Made by a program: the position numbers and the translations under genes. A stretch of 64,000 bases of DNA, from positions 65,163 to 129,162 of the forward strand of contig CAYIHQ010000001.1 in NCBI GenBank assembly GCA_964362905.1. The letters run 5' to 3'. The DNA is from an uncultured Ignavibacteriaceae bacterium (GTDB lineage: Bacteria; Bacteroidota; Ignavibacteria; UBA10030). Under the pieces are notes generated by a model. The model saw only the letters and a list, made by a program, of their open reading frames with translations. It did not search any database and was not told where the DNA came from. Shown here piece by piece: positions 33,462 to 42,200 of the stretch (position 1 is the stretch's first letter; each line of letters begins with the position of its first letter).

Positions 33462-33839
33462 TCACCCAATCTTTGGGAAGACCCGCTGCATCGCGGCGAG
33501 TTGCTGCGCATGCTTCAGCGCGCACAGGTCCTCACTCATTCCCTTGCAGGAGGTGACGACCTTGTGCTGACCCGCGGAGCTGGTATACGTCGTCTCGATC
33601 GCGCTGGGGTTGGTCGTCACAGCGAGAGGCGGAAACCCGGCCACTCCGGCGGGACCAGGCAACACCTCCAGATCGACCAGATCGACCAGGCAGCTCCCAC
33701 CCTCGTAGCCCAGGAGTACACTCGTCGGACCGAAGGGCTCTACGCTCAACACCTCAGGCAGCGGGTAAGCAGCCGCAACCGGCGCCTCATCACCACCACC
33801 TTGCGTGAACGCGAGCAACAGCAGCAGTAGCTTCAGCAT
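33462..33839 (-). CDS. Secreted protein (125 aa) with an N-terminal signal peptide
   Basis: Begins MLKLLLLLLAFTQGGG. A-rich leader upstream. Confidence 0.6.
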   Translation of the reverse strand: MLKLLLLLLAFTQGGGDEAPVAAAYPLPEVLSVEPFGPTSVLLGYEGGSCLVDLVDLEVLPGPAGVAGFPPLAVTTNPSAIETTYTSSAGQHKVVTSCKGMSEDLCALKHAQQLAAMQRVFPKIG

Positions 33840-33878
33840 CTTTTTTTTCTCTGTGCCCCGAGAACAAAAAGGATGGAA

Positions 33879-34271
33879 TCAAGGGGCGTGATTTCCAACC
33901 CAAATTGCAGGGTCAGCAGCCTTCTGCTCTACCTGCGAAGAAGAATCCCAAACTACGCCAAGCTCCTCGATCATCAGGTGAGCGAGTAGATCCGTCGCGT
34001 TGTTCCGGTGCGAGGCCGCAAGCGCTGGATCCTCCAGCTCACGCCACTTTGCGGTGAGGAGATCGCTGAGCACCCATGTCAGCACCTCCATGAGCTTGTC
34101 AGTCTCGTCGTGCTGAATGTTCTCCCATTCCTCCCGCCAGCGCCATGGCTTCTTGGTGGGTTGCTCTCGCAGTGCGCGCAGAGCTACCTCCTGCGATGGG
34201 AGCAGGATCACAGGACAGCCCTCGTGCCCCACTTGCGACCAACAACCAGGGCCGTGTTTTTCGGGTTGCAT
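33879..34271 (-). CDS. Hypothetical protein (130 aa; 159 aa if ATG 34358 is used)
   Basis: Track ORF 33879..34358. The start is ambiguous between 34358 and 34271. Confidence 0.5.
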   Translation of the reverse strand: MQPEKHGPGCWSQVGHEGCPVILLPSQEVALRALREQPTKKPWRWREEWENIQHDETDKLMEVLTWVLSDLLTAKWRELEDPALAASHRNNATDLLAHLMIEELGVVWDSSSQVEQKAADPAIWVGNHAP

Positions 34272-34662
34272 TGCGTGGAAAGACCAGGGGATAGCGCACC
34301 CCTGGCAAAGCGCCGCTCCTTTTCCCCCTAATCTGGACGATCTGAGCAGTAAGATCATCCGGGAGCCGCTTGTCCTTATTCAAAACGGGACCGACAAGCG
34401 GTCAACGTCCTCGTCTGACCACGAGATTTATGCCCCCATGGTGGCATCCAGCTTTTTTACAGAGCTGAAAGAGAAGTCCTGGTGAGGCACGTTTATCTTT
34501 TGAGGGATACGTGCAAAACCTAGCACATCATTCTGATGACCGGGTGTGGTGCCATTACCCGGCTACACCACTGTATCGCTTTTTCACTGCCGCAGTGGCG
34601 ACCAGCAGGGAAAGCATTGCGTGCCCTTTACCTCATCTAGGTGAGGAAAAGAAGAAAAAAGT

Positions 34663-34971
34663 TCAGAGGGAAGCCTCGTAGCGAGTGAAGTCCGCGTAGA
34701 CCGCTGGACTATACGTAGCGAGCGTAATACGCGCTGTATTCTGCACTTGGAATACTTCAGGGAAGGAGAGAAAGACTCTGGACCACTCCACCTCACCAGA
34801 GTACCATCCTGTAGGAAGCCGAAGGCACTCAGGAACTTGAGCATTCCGTTCTGGGGAAAGCCATAGCCCCTCGCCCCCTCTCACTGGGGTCACCCGCAGA
34901 ATCCCCTCAGCCCAGCGCGTCGTGGTGGCGATCAGCCCCCAGGGAGAGCGTGATCCAGAAGATGGGATCAA
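34663..34971 (-). CDS. Hypothetical protein (~102 aa)
   Basis: Only the C-terminal part of track ORF 34663..35190 can be coding. A TTG at 34971 forms a TTGA overlap with the stop of the pentapeptide gene. Weak evidence. Confidence 0.3.
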   Translation of the reverse strand: MIPSSGSRSPWGLIATTTRWAEGILRVTPVRGGEGLWLSPERNAQVPECLRLPTGWYSGEVEWSRVFLSFPEVFQVQNTARITLATYSPAVYADFTRYEASL

Positions 34972-35618
34972 GGCAGCTCCTCCGCCTCCAGGCAGACCGG
35001 ATGCTCGTCGTCGGGCTGGATCCACTTCCGCAGCTCCGCGATGGCCCACTCGCGCTCGGGGTGCTGCCACGTCGCCCACTGGTCCCAGCACCAATCGGTG
35101 CGTCGGCCAATGAAGGCAGCCAGCATCTGCCTCGGCTCGGTGTCCGCGGCAAGCCAGAGAATCTCCGAAAGGAGCGCATGGCTGGCCCACGCCAGTTTCG
35201 CGCCGCGCAGGTAGGCGCCGCGCAGGTAGGCGCCGCGCAGGTAGGCGTCGCTCAGGTCGGCGCCGCTCAGGTCGGCGCCGCGCAGGTAGGCGTCGCTCAG
35301 GTCGGCGCCGCGCAGGTAGGCGTCGCTCAGGTAGGCGCCGCTCAGGTAGGCGCCGCTCAGGTCGGCGCCGCTCAGGTCGGCGCCGCGCAGGTAGGCGTCG
35401 CTCAGGTAGGCGCCGCGCAGGTAGGCGCCGCTCAGGTAGGCGCCGCGCAGGTCGGCGCCGCTCAGGTAGGCGTCGCTCAGGTCGGCGCCGCGCAGGTCGG
35501 CGCCGCTCAGGTAGGCGCCGCGCAGGTCGGCGCGAAGCGACTCGTCAAGCGCAGGCACCGGCGTGCCTGGTGCCGTCGCGCGGCACGCCGCCGCGAAGGC
35601 TTCGAGCCGTGCCTTCAC
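34968..35618 (-). CDS. Pentapeptide-repeat protein (216 aa): 23 consecutive A[DY]L[RS][GD] units plus a Trp-rich C-terminal domain
   Basis: A GTG at 35618 forms a GTGA overlap with the stop of 35615..35830. Repeats read [20 protein letters not shown] ... AKLAW. Confidence 0.85.
   Translation of the reverse strand: MKARLEAFAAACRATAPGTPVPALDESLRADLRGAYLSGADLRGADLSDAYLSGADLRGAYLSGAYLRGAYLSDAYLRGADLSGADLSGAYLSGAYLSDAYLRGADLSDAYLRGADLSGADLSDAYLRGAYLRGAYLRGAKLAWASHALLSEILWLAADTEPRQMLAAFIGRRTDWCWDQWATWQHPEREWAIAELRKWIQPDDEHPVCLEAEELP
35187..35531 (-). repeat. 23 tandem 15-bp units (consensus ggcgccgcgcaggta / ggcgccgctcaggtc on the plus strand) encoding the pentapeptide repeats
   Basis: Directly visible periodicity in the sequence from about 35190 to 35530. 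Units differ at only 2-4 positions. Confidence 0.9.
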
Positions 35619-35830
35619 GGCAGCGCCTCCCGGACCGCGCGTGCGCCGGCGTGGTCGTAGTGCCGCAGATCGCGCAGGAGCCGCGCCAGCACTGCGCGCT
35701 GCTCGGGCTGGCGCAGGAACTCGGGGCTCGCGAGCCGAATCGCCAGCAGCATGCGCGCTGTGCGCGAACGCCAGGTCTGCGCACAGCGCGCGCGATGCTC
35801 GGCGCGCACGACGGCGGAGAGAGTAGTCAC
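35615..35830 (-). CDS. Hypothetical protein (71 aa)
   Basis: The ORF in this frame reads as real protein ([31 protein letters not shown]). The overlapping N-terminus of track ORF 34968..35987 is junk-like. Confidence 0.5.
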   Translation of the reverse strand: MTTLSAVVRAEHRARCAQTWRSRTARMLLAIRLASPEFLRQPEQRAVLARLLRDLRHYDHAGARAVREALP

Positions 35831-36027
35831 GACTTACCCCCGTGCGCGCGGAGCAGATCGTCGTCGAGTGGGAGCGCGTCGTCGAACGGCCGCATTGCAA
35901 AGGGATCATCACCTGGCGAGGGTGAACGACGCTCCGTCTCAGCCGCGCACTCCCGCGCATCCCCTTGCAGATGCGCAAGCCGCGCAACCTGCCTAGCCAG
36001 CTCGACGTAGACCTTGATGGTTTCCAT
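35827..36027 (-). CDS. Hypothetical protein (66 aa), first gene of an operon
   Basis: Met-39 ([10 protein letters not shown]) of track ORF 35827..36141. The ATG lies 6 nt after the TGGTATCCT element. Confidence 0.5.
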   Translation of the reverse strand: METIKVYVELARQVARLAHLQGDARECAAETERRSPSPGDDPFAMRPFDDALPLDDDLLRAHGGKS

Positions 36028-36033
36028 GCGAGA

Positions 36034-36063
36034 AGGATACCACAAAAAGAACCGTGAACCTAG
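36034..36063 (-). promoter_or_regulatory. Promoter-like element CTAGG-N16-TGGTATCCT, 6 nt upstream of ATG 36027
   Basis: The minus strand reads AAAAAAGAAGCTAGGTTCACGGTTCTTTTTGTGGTATCCT-TCTCGC-ATG. Confidence 0.45.
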
Positions 36064-36115
36064 CTTCTTTTTTGGCCCTCCCAGAACCACCACTCCTGGG
36101 GGCACTTTACTTCGT

Positions 36116-36655
36116 CTACGACGGCACGCGCACCCCATCAAGCAGCTTCTGGCGAGCTAGCCATAGACCATAAAAAGCAAGGCCGGTGCCACCCGTCCAC
36201 AGTAGGCTCATCGGGTTCTTCTGCTGGTACGCCGCTAGCTCATCGTCGCTGACGGCCCCATCACCATCAGTATCCAGCTCAGCCAAGGGCACCCCTTTGG
36301 CCAGCAGCTTCTGCACGGTCTTGTCCCTCGCCGCAGACATCTTGGTGTCCACGTAGGTCCGGGCCTCAGCCAGCTTCTCCTCCGCATAGGTCTTTGCCGA
36401 GGATAGTGCGGCCTCCCCAGTGTCCTTGACAAGGATAGCCACCTCGTCCTTGTGCTCACCCCAGTAGGTCTTCGCGGCGTCGGCCGCGCTGGAGATCAGC
36501 TCAGGGGACTTCTCCTTGAAGACCCTCAGGGCCGCGTCCGCAGCGCTCTCGAAGAGTGAGCAGCTAGCTGCTGCCACCATCAGCACGAAGGATGTCAAGA
36601 AACAGCTTCTCATAGTCAAGCTCTTGCTCTGCATGTTGCACCTCTTCTTTTGCAA
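36116..36655 (-). CDS. Lipoprotein-like protein with an EF-hand-like DxDxDG loop and a C-terminal TM helix (o-/u-spanin-like)
   Basis: Signal and lipobox-like FVLMVAAASC, then DTDGDGAVSDDEL, then C-terminal LLWTGGTGLAFYGLWLA. It overlaps the upstream ORF in another frame. Start uncertain (36655, 36634 or 36613). Confidence 0.55.
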   Translation of the reverse strand: MQKKRCNMQSKSLTMRSCFLTSFVLMVAAASCSLFESAADAALRVFKEKSPELISSAADAAKTYWGEHKDEVAILVKDTGEAALSSAKTYAEEKLAEARTYVDTKMSAARDKTVQKLLAKGVPLAELDTDGDGAVSDDELAAYQQKNPMSLLWTGGTGLAFYGLWLARQKLLDGVRVPS

Positions 36656-36923
36656 GCTCCGCTCTGAGCTTCAGCATCTCCATCTCACGGCGATGCCTCT
36701 GCTCATCGTTATGCCACTCGAATCCCGTGCTGATGTCAAGAACAGCATGCGGGAGCAACCCGCCAGCACCTGGAATCAGATCCAGCGGGAACATGAGGTC
36801 GATACGCCCTCGACCTTTGAACTCATTTGCTTGCTGCACAAAGCTACACCCCAACGTGCAGAGAAAGAGCAGCAGAGCAAGAACGGGTCTCACGGCGTAG
36901 GCGTCTTGCGCGAACGCTCCCAC
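36564..36923 (-). CDS. N-terminally anchored coiled-coil protein (i-spanin-like)
   Basis: Hydrophobic N-terminus VRPVLALLLFLCTLGCS and a C-terminal charged helix RREMEMLKLRAELAKEEVQHAEQELDYEK. Confidence 0.45.
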   Translation of the reverse strand: MGAFAQDAYAVRPVLALLLFLCTLGCSFVQQANEFKGRGRIDLMFPLDLIPGAGGLLPHAVLDISTGFEWHNDEQRHRREMEMLKLRAELAKEEVQHAEQELDYEKLFLDILRADGGSS

Positions 36924-37120
36924 GCCCCGGCCACCGCGCGACCGGCATCAGCTACTCCCTGGGCCAGAAAGTAGAGACCGGCGGCAAAGCACAGGCACGC
37001 AAACCACTCGATCGGCAGCCCAATCTGGTCCCGCCCCAACGCCAGTCCGATCAGAACCCAGAAAGTCAAACCCTTCTTGCTGCTAGCAAGATCAGTGATT
37101 GTCGGAGGAATCAGCTTCAT
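36890..37120 (-). CDS. Small two-TM membrane protein (holin-like)
   Basis: 76 aa with two hydrophobic segments, GLTFWVLIGLALG and IEWFACLCFAAGLYFLAQGV, and a charged C-terminus. Confidence 0.45.
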   Translation of the reverse strand: MKLIPPTITDLASSKKGLTFWVLIGLALGRDQIGLPIEWFACLCFAAGLYFLAQGVADAGRAVAGAWERSRKTPTP

Positions 37121-37270
37121 GTTTCACCTCAACCTTACGAAGTCGAATCGGCTTATAACGTGGGTGTCGCCCACCCTCGACATGTATCCGAGCCTGAAGT
37201 GCGTCCACTAGCACCTCCGGTGACGGGGGCTTACGTGCTTCCTTGGCCTCGGCGCACAAATCGGTGTCCA

Positions 37271-37666
37271 TTAGGTATAGCGCTTGGGTGTCTTCTTGGC
37301 TTGTCGATAATCAAAGGACTTCAACCCCGAGCGAGCAGCACGTCTTTCCGCTCTCCCACGAATCAGATGCGTCGCCACTCCTTTACGGATAGCAGGATCA
37401 GCATGAGTGTACTTGGTCAGCAGCCAGTAGGCTCGATTAGCCCTCTTAGCATGAGCATCCGCTACCTTTCGATCCGCAAATGCTCTATTAGCATTACGAG
37501 TTAGATCCCCAAACGATTCTGGATCAATAACTGGGTGGTAGAAGGTAGAGCTATCAGAAGCTGGCTGCGCTGAGAGACGAGAATGCCTACGGTAGTAGTC
37601 CGCTACCTTTCTTAGCCTCAGTTTTCTGTGCTCCGGATCCACGGCTTCGAGGACAAAAAATCTCAT
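37271..37666 (-). CDS. Arg/Lys-rich protein (131 aa) with the block AVDPEHRKLRLRKVADYY
   Basis: ORF sharing a conserved block with 7658..8512. Confidence 0.55.
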   Translation of the reverse strand: MRFFVLEAVDPEHRKLRLRKVADYYRRHSRLSAQPASDSSTFYHPVIDPESFGDLTRNANRAFADRKVADAHAKRANRAYWLLTKYTHADPAIRKGVATHLIRGRAERRAARSGLKSFDYRQAKKTPKRYT

Positions 37667-37676
37667 GCTGTCCTTT

Positions 37677-38834
37677 TTACAGCGTGTGTGGTGCTAGAGA
37701 AACCCTGTCAACAACAGCCTGTGTTCTCAGATCGAAGGCTTCTACCTGTAGCCTCGCACTTGAGATGTCCAGGACCATCGCAGAATAGCCAGCAAAATCG
37801 TAGAGGATACCCGGCTCTTGTGGAGGGCTCCAGTCCCAGCAACGAGAAGTGTGTGCCGGAGCCCCACCCCCAGCCGACACAATATGGTGGACTACATGAC
37901 TACCCCCGGGCACGGTGGTGGGATAGGCACCTCGCTGGTAGCTCCGGCTGTGCCCATGGAGCACCAGGTCAGCCCCAGAGACCTTCAGAAGGGGTAGCAG
38001 ATTCGAGAGCAAATCCGTATCCGTACCACCCGTGCCGTAGTCACACAACCCAGTCCAATAGACGGTCCTTACGGGATGATGCACCAGGATAATCCGATAG
38101 GCCGCCGCCTTCCAGATGTCTCCAGAAACCTCGTTCAGAAACCATTGGCGTTGAGAGCCGTTGGTTCTGAGCCCATTTCTAGCACCATTCACGGAGGTAA
38201 GGGCCACGATGCGCGCGCTACCAATGGAGACCGCGAATGTCGCAGCGCTTGGGCTGTGAAAAGGGAGCATCCCGCGGGACATCCCGCTGTACCCATCCGT
38301 ATCGCCCCGGCATCCCGAGAACCCCTTCGTCAACAAGCGGCTGCCCACAGAGCCCAGCCAGTGGGATACCCAATCCCCATGCACTCGGCCATCCCCAACG
38401 TAGCTCCCTGTGCCCAGATAGCCCACAACCCCCTGCGCATCGAGGAAGGAGAGCGTGGCGCCCAGGCCAGGCACCGTAACCGCGGGATAGGACTCGTTGC
38501 TACCCCAGACCCCCAAGCGCACCGACTGTCCATCATTTCGCAGCGTGCGAAACAGATAGGGGCTCGACAAGAAGTTCAGCCCATAGATTCTGAAGTAGTG
38601 CTGCACGTTGGGCTGCAACCCCGAGAGCTTCACGCTGTGTACATAGCGCTCCAAACCGCTATCCAGATCCGGGAGTCTCAGCGACTGCGCAGGGGCGAGC
38701 ACGGGGATCATCGCTGAGACCCACCAGTCCACCGCGTGCGCACCCTCCGACGTATTGGTCTCCCACCAGATCAAAACCTGGTCATTGCCCAGGTTATACA
38801 AACAGGGACCGTAGAGAACGGAGGAGACAGCCAT
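37677..38834 (-). CDS. Metallophosphoesterase (purple-acid-phosphatase-like, with an N-terminal FN3-like domain)
   Basis: N-terminal LIWWETNTSEGAHAVDW..YFRIYG, then ILVHHPV and GADLVLHGHSRSYQRG (GHxHxY.R signature). Confidence 0.65.
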   Translation of the reverse strand: MAVSSVLYGPCLYNLGNDQVLIWWETNTSEGAHAVDWWVSAMIPVLAPAQSLRLPDLDSGLERYVHSVKLSGLQPNVQHYFRIYGLNFLSSPYLFRTLRNDGQSVRLGVWGSNESYPAVTVPGLGATLSFLDAQGVVGYLGTGSYVGDGRVHGDWVSHWLGSVGSRLLTKGFSGCRGDTDGYSGMSRGMLPFHSPSAATFAVSIGSARIVALTSVNGARNGLRTNGSQRQWFLNEVSGDIWKAAAYRIILVHHPVRTVYWTGLCDYGTGGTDTDLLSNLLPLLKVSGADLVLHGHSRSYQRGAYPTTVPGGSHVVHHIVSAGGGAPAHTSRCWDWSPPQEPGILYDFAGYSAMVLDISSARLQVEAFDLRTQAVVDRVSLAPHTL

Positions 38835-39241
38835 CAGAATGCCACGAACTCCAGATTCCCCGAGTTGCGGTCCCCAGTGATCGTGACCGACACCCCGTTG
38901 AGAAAATCCACACGAATCAGGTCCTGTCGATAGGAGTAGGTATCTCCGATCAACAAGTCGGTACCAGAAACTTTGTCAGGGTAGTAGATGTCCTTCACGG
39001 TGTATTGCCCCAGAGTCAAGAGAGCCCGAATCGGACCCACAGGCCCCTCCGTGAACACCACCTCGCTCAGGGTTACCCAGCGAAGCACTGTGGTGGATCC
39101 CACCGTGAACAGCACCTGGAATCGCAGAGGCTGTGGCGGCCCAGAAACCGCTTGCACGCTCCCCACCGATAGTCCGGGCACCTCCACAGCCTTTGTGGTG
39201 GAGTTGATGAGATCGCTCTTGGAGCGTACTTGTACTGCCAT
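38834..39241 (-). CDS. Hypothetical beta-rich protein (135 aa)
   Basis: ORF whose stop abuts the start of the next gene. Confidence 0.55.
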   Translation of the reverse strand: MAVQVRSKSDLINSTTKAVEVPGLSVGSVQAVSGPPQPLRFQVLFTVGSTTVLRWVTLSEVVFTEGPVGPIRALLTLGQYTVKDIYYPDKVSGTDLLIGDTYSYRQDLIRVDFLNGVSVTITGDRNSGNLEFVAF

Positions 39242-39247
39242 CTCAGA

Positions 39248-42200
39248 TCACCCGCTGCACGCCCCTACCGATGCCCCACAGCCGGGGCACACAAAGCACT
39301 TGCCGTCCCGCTGTGTCACACTCCCACAGGCACTGCATAGAGGGCTGCTGCTCCCCTCAACACGCAGAGCCGCTACCACGGGAATGCGCTCCGGGGCAAG
39401 CACATGGATCTCCTGCGTTCGATCGCAGAACTTCACATCTAGGAACCGCGCGAGGTAATCCAGCACGCTGGAGCACATACGCAGCTCGGGCTGCTGCTTG
39501 GTATCCGTGAAACCGAAGGGAGGAAAACGACTGTGCCGAAACTTCTCCGTGATCGCAGCCACGGGTACCCCATACTGGAGTGCCAAGCTCACCGCGATGG
39601 CCAGCCCATCCATCAAGCCCCCGACAGTGGAACCCTCTTTGGCCATCCGGATAAAGACCTCCCCCGGGCTACCGTCCTGATAGCACCCCACATGCAGATA
39701 TCCCTTGTGGTCCCCTCCATTCACCCCATCGTGGATGACAAAGCGATGACGGATGGCACTGCATTCCTGGGGGAGCGGCCGACGGGCTGGAGCCGTCGCC
39801 ACCTCCTCTACCTCTGCCTTGGCCTTCTCTGACGCATTGGACGCTGAGTAGGGCTCGACGGACTTGCAGCCATCACGATAGACTGCCACGCATTTTAGGC
39901 CCATCTTCCACCCCTCAATATACACCCGCTCGATGTCCTCCACCGATGCCGTAGATGGGAGATTGATGGTCTTGGAGATCGCTCCGGAGAGGTAGGGCTG
40001 CGCAGCGGTCATCATGCTCAGGTGTGCTCGATAGGGCAGCGTGCGACCACCGGGACTCGCGGCCATCGAGCAGTCGAAGACTGGCAAATGCTCATCCTTG
40101 AGCGCGCTACCCTCGATCCCCCCTGTGGTCTCGATATGCAGCAGGATGGCCTTGATCTGAGCAGAAGCATAGCCCAGAGAAGTCAGTGCGAGGTGTACAT
40201 GGGGATTGACCATCTTCATCACGCCACCGCCGCTGAGCTTCTTGTACTTGACAAGGCCAAGCTCGGGCTCGATCCCCGTGGTAGCACAGTCCATCATAAA
40301 CGCGATGGTCCCCGTAGGTGCAAGTAGAGTAAGCTGCGCATTGCGCAGACCCTGGGTCTCAAGACCCTTGAGAACGTCACTCCACAAGCTGCTGGCTCGT
40401 TCCCTCGCCACACCATTTCCAGGGATTCCAGGGAGCCACCTGCGGTGCGCTTCGATCACACTCCGTTGATGCTCCTCATTTCCATTCAAGCCCTCGTAGG
40501 CGCCCATGATAGACGCGAGATGCTGGGACTGGCTGAAAGCAGCCGCAGACATCAGCGCCGTCACCCCGCTGCACAAATCCATAGCCTGCGGTGACCCATA
40601 GGGAATCCCTTGCACAAGCAGCAGACTCCCGAGGTTCGCATAGCCCAGACCCAAGGGTCGGAATCTGTGCGACATCTCCCTGATCTTCTCCGTGGGGTAG
40701 CCACTCATCCCCACAATGATATCCATGGCCAAGATGAACGTGCGAACAGCGGCCTCGAAGCGATCGACTTGGAATGTCTCACCATTCCAGAACGCCATCA
40801 GGTTCAAGCTGGCCAGGTTGCACGATGTCTCATCGAGGAAGACGAACTCGGAGCAGTTGTGAACGACTAAGCCATTGGCCACAAAGTGGTGCGTAGCCAT
40901 CTCTCGGAGGTCAAATACATCCTCCTCTCCCAGAGGCGTGATCTCCACAATTTCGTCTGAGAGTTCATCCTTGTAGGCACCAAACTGACTATTCACTTCC
41001 TGAAGAGCCGCAGCCTTTGGGCTCGCAGGATCAAAGCCGATCTCTCTCTGGAAGATGAATCTCGACGAGCGACTGATTCGCAGGGAGTGCATCTCTCGAA
41101 CTGGATAGAGCTTCTTTCCACCACGCCCATCGGGGAGTAGTGCCTCAGTGCTCCCACCACGACGTTCCGTGTACAATTTCGATTTGATACCGAAACCAAG
41201 GAGCAGCAATTGCACCTGCTTCAGCAAGTCCAGCGATGTTGAGTCTAGAGAAACATAGAAGGTACCGTTGCCACGGGAGTCCCCCACAGTACCATCTGTA
41301 GTGAAGAGTCCTCGAAGAACAGTAGCTAGTGTCGGCTTGTCCAGATCGAAGACGGTGGGCTTGAACTTCTTTCCCTGGCTACCCTCATCCAGTACCGCAA
41401 ACTCCTTGAACAGATCAACAACACACTGAGCCCCAAGTGGGAGGCGCGAAATGCCACCACTCGTGACAACCTGTGAAGCCCTGGCCGAGCCAACAGAACC
41501 CACAGCACGACGAAGCTGTTTCTCCTCACGCGCCATCTCAGAAATGCGGATCAAGATATCAGCATGTTGAGCAGAGGTAACCAGTACAACTTGTTCGCGG
41601 GCTCTACCATCAATGATTGAGCGAGTTAGGCACCCGTCGCCAACAGCGACCCCGATAGCCAGAGCCAGGTTCTCTCCCAGAGCGCGACGACCAAAGCCAG
41701 GGCCGACCAGCTTCAGCTTCTCGCCAATCTTCAAGTCTCTAACCGGAGTGTCACCCCTTTCCAGAGACCACACCAAGTGATCCTCAGTGATCTGAACCTC
41801 GTAGCCAGCACGAGTCCGCAGATTGAAAACCTTCTTGCGACCCGTAGGGAACACTTCGGTAACAAGATGGGGTTGTCCATCAAGACCAACCACATGCACC
41901 GTTTTCCCGACTAGATCATCAATCCTTCGCCAGCCCTCATCAGTAGCAACCAAAGTGCTACCAACAACGCACGGATTAGTACCCCAGATACGATCTGTAG
42001 CTTTGCTGGGGTTCATCCGCTGGATCTCCCCATCGTACTGTATCCCCGGATCCCCACATACCCATGCACTTTGCGCCATCGCCCGTAGCACCTCCCGAGC
42101 GCTAAGCGAAGCCAGGGGCTTCCCATGACGGTCTAGAACCTCGTAGCTCTCGTCATTCTTAGCCGCCCGCATGAACTCGTCAGTGACCCGGACCGAGATG

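Noticed and set aside
34503-34578. Cloverleaf-like fold on the minus strand that might be a tRNA
   Set aside because: The arm dimensions are wrong: a 10-nt junction after the acceptor stem, a 6-bp/11-nt first arm, and 4-bp stems elsewhere. There is no T-loop GTTCRA motif, no U8, and the acceptor stem contains a C-C mismatch.
34950-35660. 236-aa plus-strand ORF with an AQVGAAQVG repeat
   Set aside because: It is the antisense reading of the 15-bp pentapeptide repeat. The minus-strand frame gives a canonical A[DY]LxG pentapeptide protein with coupled neighbours, whereas this frame has no support.
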